A stretch of DNA of 64,000 bases from an uncultured Planctomycetaceae bacterium (lineage in GTDB: Bacteria > Planctomycetota > Planctomycetia > Planctomycetales > Planctomycetaceae). Each line of letters starts with the position of its first letter. Position 1 is the first letter of the stretch. This document shows positions 58,220-64,000 of the stretch, piece by piece. Where the stretch lies: NCBI GenBank assembly GCA_963813715.1, contig CAWFAK010000017.1:832001-896000 (forward strand), in the 5' to 3' direction. Position numbers and translations under genes: made by a program. Below the pieces are notes generated by a model. The model saw nothing but the letters and a program-made list of their open reading frames with translations. It was not told the origin of the DNA and did not search any database.

Positions 58220-59632
58220 ATGACCCCGAAGGAATTCTTTGAGTTCATGAAGAAGAACGACTCCGAGCAAGTCGATCTCAAGTTTTGCGACATGCTCGGA
58301 ACGTGGCAGCACTGTACCTATCCGGTCGACACGATCGACGAAAGCGTCTTTGAGGACGGCTTCGGGTTCGACGGCTCCTCCATTCGCGGCTGGCAGGCCA
58401 TCAACGCGTCCGACATGCTGGCCGTCCCCGATCCGAAGACGGCCGTGCTCGACCCGTTCTTCGCCGAGCCGACCGTCAGTGTGATCGCCGACATCGTCGA
58501 CCCGATCACCAAGGAAAAATACTCCCGCGACCCGCGGAATATCGCCAAGAAGGGGGTCGCCTACCTCAAGCAGACCGGCATTGCCGACACCTGCTACATC
58601 GGTCCGGAGCCCGAGTTCTTCATCTTCGACGACGTGCGGTACCAGTCGAAGCAGAACGGGGCCATGTACGAGATCGACTCGGTCGAGGCGGCCTGGAACT
58701 CGGGCCGCGCCGAAGCGCCGAACCTTGGCCACAAGCCCGCCTACAAGGCCGGCTACTTCCCGGTCTCGCCGGTGGACACGCTCTCGGACCTGCGGACCGA
58801 AATGGTCAACGAGATGCGGAAGATCGGCATCGCCGTCGAGGCTCATCATCACGAGGTGGCGACCGCCGGCCAGTGCGAAATCGATATGAAGTTCCAGGAT
58901 CTGATCAAGATGGGCGATCAGATGATGTGGTACAAGCACATCATCAAGAACGTCGCCCGCCGCAACGGCAAGACCGTGACCTTCATGCCCAAGCCAATCT
59001 TCGAAGACAACGGCTCGGGCATGCACACCCACATCTCGCTATGGAAGGGAAAAAACCCGCTGATGGCCGGCGACGGTTACGCGGGACTGAGCGAGATCGG
59101 ACTGCATGGCATCGGCGGCATCTTGAAGCACGGCCGGGCCCTGTTGGCCTTCGCCGCGCCGACCGCCAACTCGTACCACCGGCTGGTGCCCGGCTTCGAG
59201 GCTCCGGTGACGCTGGCCCTGTCGCAGCGAAACCGCTCGGCGGCCGTCCGCATCCCGATGTACTCGGCCAGCCCGAAAGCCAAGCGAGCCGAGTTCCGCT
59301 GCCCCGATCCCTCGTGCAACCCGTACCTGACCTTCACGGCCCTGATGATGGCCATGATCGACGGAGTGCAGAACAAGATCGACCCGGGTCAGCCGCTCGA
59401 TCGCGACATTTATGACATGTCGCCCGAGGAGCTGGCCGAGACCAACACCACGCCCGGCTCGCTGCCGGAAGCGCTCGAGGCCCTCGAAGCCGATCACGCC
59501 TTCCTCTTGAAGGGCGACGTCTTCACCAAGGACCTGATCGAGACGTGGATCGAATGGAAGCGGACCAAGGAGGTCGACCCGATCCGCCTGCGGCCTCATC
59601 CGCACGAGTTCGAACTCTACTACAACGTCTAA
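58220..59632 (+). CDS. glnA: Glutamine synthetase type I
   Basis: [24 protein letters not shown]...[19 protein letters not shown]; adenylylation-site-like DIYD. Confidence 0.98.
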   Translation: MTPKEFFEFMKKNDSEQVDLKFCDMLGTWQHCTYPVDTIDESVFEDGFGFDGSSIRGWQAINASDMLAVPDPKTAVLDPFFAEPTVSVIADIVDPITKEKYSRDPRNIAKKGVAYLKQTGIADTCYIGPEPEFFIFDDVRYQSKQNGAMYEIDSVEAAWNSGRAEAPNLGHKPAYKAGYFPVSPVDTLSDLRTEMVNEMRKIGIAVEAHHHEVATAGQCEIDMKFQDLIKMGDQMMWYKHIIKNVARRNGKTVTFMPKPIFEDNGSGMHTHISLWKGKNPLMAGDGYAGLSEIGLHGIGGILKHGRALLAFAAPTANSYHRLVPGFEAPVTLALSQRNRSAAVRIPMYSASPKAKRAEFRCPDPSCNPYLTFTALMMAMIDGVQNKIDPGQPLDRDIYDMSPEELAETNTTPGSLPEALEALEADHAFLLKGDVFTKDLIETWIEWKRTKEVDPIRLRPHPHEFELYYNV

Positions 59633-59647
59633 ACGGTCGAACCAAAC

Positions 59648-59712
59648 AAAAACCCCTTACTCCACCCTCGCCCCATTCCGATGGGGAGAGTGTAGGGTGA
59701 GGGGATTTTTTG
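59648..59712 (+). terminator. Long hairpin (REP-like or bidirectional terminator) after glnA
   Basis: AAAAACCCCTTACTCCACCCTCGCCCCAT...ATGGGGAGAGTGTAGGGTGAGGGGATTTTTT. Confidence 0.7.
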
Positions 59713-59776
59713 TTGCTTGAATCGCGGGCTGGCGCGCTACTCGCCGATGAACCGGCACAACAGGCAGACGGCGATT

Positions 59777-59874
59777 TTCACCACAAAGGCACGAAGGCAC
59801 TAAGGAATTCAGCGGACCTGGCTGACGTTTTAATTCCCGTCGTTTACTTCGTGTCTTGGTAACTTTGTGGCGAA
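59777..59874. repeat. Second, diverged copy of the TTCACCACAAAG inverted-repeat family
   Basis: TTCACCACAAAGGCACGAAGGCACTAAG...CTTCGTGTCTTGGTAACTTTGTGGCGAA. Confidence 0.8.
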
Positions 59875-60140
59875 TAAATCCTGCTAACGGCTTGTCGGCC
59901 TCGCTGGCGACGAAGACTGCGTAAAAAAAGAAGGGGAGCAAGCACCCTGGCCGTCACAGCGGGCAACGGTCGGGGGAGCCAGTCCCCTCTTTGTTCTCAG
60001 AGATTATTGCGAGAGTTTTGCGGCCGTTCTGTGCCCCGCCTCACAGTTCGCAAAAACCGTCCTCTATCTTCCTTCGAGCCCGATGGATCGTCATCGATCG
60101 ATTCACTCTCGATTGACTCATCGCCCTCTCCGAACGCTGA

Positions 60141-63100
60141 CTACTTCTTCACCGGCGGCTTCGCCGGGGCGGGAACTGCTGCCGGCGCGGCTACGGCGGC
60201 CGGTGTCGGGACTGCCCCGGTGCCGGTGCGACGGGACCCACAGGGCTGGCCGGGGCGACCGGACCAACAGGGGCGACCGGCGCGGCCGGGGCCGTCAGAC
60301 CCGTCAAGATCTGGGTCGGGATTGACACCACGACGGGCATCGCTGCGGGGGCCGCCGGGACGGCGGGTGTCACCGAAGTTGCGGACTTGCCCAGCGCAGG
60401 ACTCGACGTCCGACTGGATCAGTTCCAGAATCCGCAGCTTCGAGTCGATCTCGTCCTGATCGTGCTGGCTGTTCGCGCGTTTTGCCTGCGCCGCCGCTTG
60501 GGCGTGAAGCGACTGAGCAATGCGGCTCAACAGCCGCACTTTTCGCTCGGCACTCCGCACCCGTGACTCCGCGACGTGGCGATGGCTGGAGTCGCCGTGA
60601 ACATCGTCGACGGCGGCCCGCGCCTGCTCGAGCGCCCCGATCGCGTTGCTCACCAGTTCGGCCAGACGCATCGGATCAGCCGACGAATCGAGCGTGGCGA
60701 CTGCCTTCGTGGTCCCGTTCTCGGCCGTCGTGACTTCGGTCCGTTCGCCAACGGGGATGCCCGGCGCCGACCGCTGGATTCTGCGCGAGCTTTCGCGACC
60801 GTGGCCCGCGGCTCGACCCGCCTGCGGATCACTGGCTTGACCGGCTCGTCTCGCACCATGACAGCACGCCCTTCGGTCCGCGCCCGCGTGCTCGGGCTGG
60901 TGCTGGTGCTCGGCCCGCCTTCCTTCTCTTCGGACTCCTTGTTCAGCTCTTCCGACTCCTTATTCAGTTTCTCGATGAGTTTTTCCGCTGCCTTGCGTCT
61001 GGCTTCCAGCTGCTGCCGCACGGCCTCCATCTTAGCGCGACGGGCTTGCGCGTGGGCGTGGTGGACTTGCTCCTCGATCTGCTCTTTGATGTCCTCTTTC
61101 ATCTTCATCTTTTCGGCCGCGTCCTTGTCGGCCTTGGCGTGCTTCTTGGTCTCCTTGTCCTTGTTCTTCTCGCCGTGGTGTTTGGCGTCCATCGAGTCGT
61201 CATCGATTAAGATTCGGATCTGGCCGAGGTTTTTGAGCTGCTCGAGCGCTTTCAGCTGACCCAACTCTTTGAGGTCGCCGAGGTCCTTGAGTTGTTCGAG
61301 CGCCTTGAGCTGCTCGGCTGGCGGCAGCCCCTCGATCTTTTGCAGCGACGGCAGCATCTCGAACGTCTTCTTCATTTCTTCGACCTCGGCGGGCGATTTG
61401 CCGAAGCCCTTGAATTTCTTCATCTTGGGCAGGTGATCGGGGCCGATTTCGAGGATCATTTCCCCCTCGTTGGTCTTCAGCTCGATCGTGGCCTCTTCTC
61501 CGTCCTTGCCGTCTTTCTTTTTCGTGTTGATGGAGAAATTGGCCTTCCCGTCGTTCCCCTTCCCGTCCGGCGTGGCAATCACGAATTGCTTGCCGTCGAC
61601 CTCGAAGCGGAACACGCCCGCATCGCCGCCAGCATGCCCGTCGGGCGAATGGCCCTTGCCGTCTTTGATGATCACCCGCTTTTCGACATGCACTTTTTCG
61701 CCCGACTCGTGGCTGTCTGCCGACGGCGACTTGTGCTCGCCTCCGGCCTTGGCTTCTTCGAGGGCCTGTTGCAGCTTCGCCATTTGTTTTTGCAGCTCGG
61801 CCGACTTGCGGGCGAGTCTCTCGTACTGTTTCTTCATCCGCTCGAGTGCTTTGTCGCCGTGTTTCTGCGCCTCGCCCGCGTCGTCGTCATCATCGTCCGT
61901 GGCGAGGACCTTGATGCGGTCGTCGTCCTCCCTCACGATCACGACTTTGTCGTTCTTGTTTTTGTCACTGTCGTCGCTCGTCACGTTGGTGGCGTCGACG
62001 TGCACGGTCACCGTCTTGTCGGGATTCGGCGGGTCGTCCTGAGCGGTGCGGCCCAGGCTGGCGGCCATGGCGATAATCAGCCCGCCCAAAACTCCGCTCG
62101 AGACGATGCGCCAGGCGGGAGAGCTGTGCATTGCAAGCGGTTGTTCGCGTCGGATCAGCATCTCGATTCTCCTCGAAAAGGGTGTTGTCGAACCCAGAAC
62201 TCCAGTGGCGCCGGCGGGCAGAATCGTCGCGCGGCGGGTCGCCCGCACGAAGGCGATCAGCTCCCGCGCGTACTCGTCACGCGACGAGCGGGCCGCCGCC
62301 CATTCATCGGCCACCAGCTCGGCACTCAGCCGCGCTCGCGAGCGGAGCCACCAGAAGGCCGGATGGAAAAACAAGAACAGAAACGAAACGTTAAAGAGCC
62401 ACGTGCCCCACGCGTCGCGACGGCCGATGTGCACCAGCTCGTGACGCAGCACGTGCCGCAAAACCTCGGCGTTTTCGGGCACGCACTGGGCGGCCGGCAG
62501 CACGATCGTCGGCCGGAAGATACCGAACGACATGGCCCGCGGATAACGAGGGGCCACGAGCAGCCACACGCGGTACGTGCCCCGCTCGTCGCAGAGGTCG
62601 GCAAACAGCTCGTCGAGCCACTCTTCCGGCGGGCGAGACGTCCGCACGATCAGCGCCAAGAGCACCCGCCCCAGGCCGATCCACGCCGCACAGACCACGA
62701 CGCCCAGCCCGTACGCGCCCAGCAACAACAGCTTCCACCGCGCCGCCAGGAACGAGCCAACGCGCCCGAAGAACGACGTCGCCGAACTCGTGGCGGCAGT
62801 TTGCTCGCTCGACGATTCGATCGCGGTCGAGTTTTCAACGGACGTCGGCGTCGCGAGCGCGCCCGATGGGTCGAGCGTCACCAGTTGCTCGACCGTGACC
62901 GTCTCGAGCCGCTTCGTCGACGTTTGATCCGGCACGATCTCGCTCTCATCGGGATCGCTGTCGACGACCAAATCGTCGGGCGACACGCGAATCGGCGCCG
63001 CGGCTTCCGGACACCGCGGCCGCGGGCAGTCCGGCTTGAGCTGTTCCTTGAGATTTTTTGTGTCGACCGCGAAGCCCTCGCTCCCCGCCAGCGGCAATAG

Positions 63101-63523
63101 CCTCGGTACCAGACGAACGACCGTCGGGTCGACCGAGACGCCGCCGGTCGCGTGCGCTGAATCCGCCGAAATCGCCTGGGTTCCCCCACCGCTGTTCGCC
63201 TCGGGCGGTCCGGCCACGGACGTCGCTGCCGGCGCTTGTGGTGGTGAAACCTGTAATGCCGACGCCTGTCGTGCGGTCGCGCTGGAAAGTTCGGCGAAGA
63301 AACCGCGAGCGAGTGGCCGCGGCAACGGCGTGACGGCCAAGAGCGCCCAGATCAGCGTGGCGGCAATCGCGAATTCGGCCAGTCGCTGTCGATGCACGGG
63401 CGAGCGATGGGCGGCCACTGCCAGGCAGGCGAATGAGAGCAGCACCGTGATCCCCGCGAGCAGCACCGCGGCATTGCTGGCAATGGTTTCGATCCGGTTG
63501 TTCGCGTCGAGAAAGTCGATCAT
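60141..63523 (-). CDS. BlaR1/MecR1-type M56 metallopeptidase signal transducer with long non-PBP C-terminal region (indels near 60790 and 60370-60210)
   Basis: GIFRPTIVLP, HELVHIGRRD, FFHPAFWW, ELVAD, RRIEML, TM; the C-terminus continues into ORF 60141..60671. Confidence 0.88.
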
Positions 63524-63933
63524 GAACGGCGCCTTTCGGAACGAGGTTGCTTGCCGCGAGCCGCCCGCACTTCTGCCACCAGCTCTTCCAGCCGCGCCAG
63601 CTCCGCCTCGGACGGCGTGTGGTGCGAAAACGCTGTCTCGACGAGCTGGTCGATGGCCCCGTCGAAAACGTGCTGCACAAACTCGGTCGTCAGCTGCCCC
63701 GTGGTCTGGGCCCGCGGCGCGACCGGCTTGTAAATGAACGTCCGCCCCTCGACGCGGTGCCGCACGAGCCCCTTCTCCTCCATCGTCCGCAGAAACGCCT
63801 GGACGGTGTTCTGCACGATGGGCGCGGTCTCGCGCATCCGCTCGTAAACGTCGCGAACGGAAGCCTCGCCCCGCTCCCAGAGGATTTTGAGGATTTCGAG
63901 TTCCCGCTCAGTCGGGTTCGACGCCGCGTTCAT
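63520..63933 (-). CDS. BlaI/MecI/CopY-family repressor
   Basis: TERELEILKILWERGEASVRDV, NTVQAFL...KGLV, FIYKP, FDG; 4-nt overlap with the M56 gene. Confidence 0.95.
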   Translation of the reverse strand: MNAASNPTERELEILKILWERGEASVRDVYERMRETAPIVQNTVQAFLRTMEEKGLVRHRVEGRTFIYKPVAPRAQTTGQLTTEFVQHVFDGAIDQLVETAFSHHTPSEAELARLEELVAEVRAARGKQPRSERRRS

Positions 63934-63952
63934 CCAGACACCTCCTCGTGTC

Positions 63953-63982
63953 GCTTAGTACCATACGCTTAGTTGACTAAGC
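63953..63982. promoter_or_regulatory. Candidate BlaI-family operator
   Basis: Perfect palindrome GCTTAGT-TG-ACTAAGC (63967-82) plus an extra half-site GCTTAGT (63953-59) just upstream of the RBS. Confidence 0.65.
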
Positions 63983-64000
63983 TTACAGGGCAGCCGACAC

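Overview
GC-rich bacterial window. The gene content, long N-terminal extensions, DUF1573 and TPR-CHAT proteins and REP-like repeats suggest a planctomycete (inference). Many genes, including housekeeping ones (clpB, mnmE, flhB, fliP, proC), are split by small indels, most likely long-read consensus errors rather than real pseudogenes. 1-10.4 kb is an accessory island at the 3' end of tRNA-Pro(GGG): two divergent, apparently exported TPR-CHAT (caspase-like) protease genes separated by an internally deleted IS21 and an IS3 remnant. Next come a flagellar export operon fliL-N-O-P-Q-R-flhB (FliR carries an EF-hand insertion), msrBA, about 1 kb of structured non-coding DNA with a 6S-RNA-like rod, transporters and hydrolases, GH15, tRNA-Val and mnmE. 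The second half holds a Wzc-like pseudokinase with a GT2, an SPFH/Zn-ribbon pair, dnaK-clpB behind a sigma54-type promoter and palindromic operator array, a DUF997/SSS/D-threonine-aldolase-like cluster, proC, an HD-GYP/PAS/GGDEF protein, ABC transporters, glnA and a BlaI/BlaR1(M56) pair. No CRISPR array, rRNA or intact integrase was seen. All calls come from reading motifs by eye; no database searches were run.
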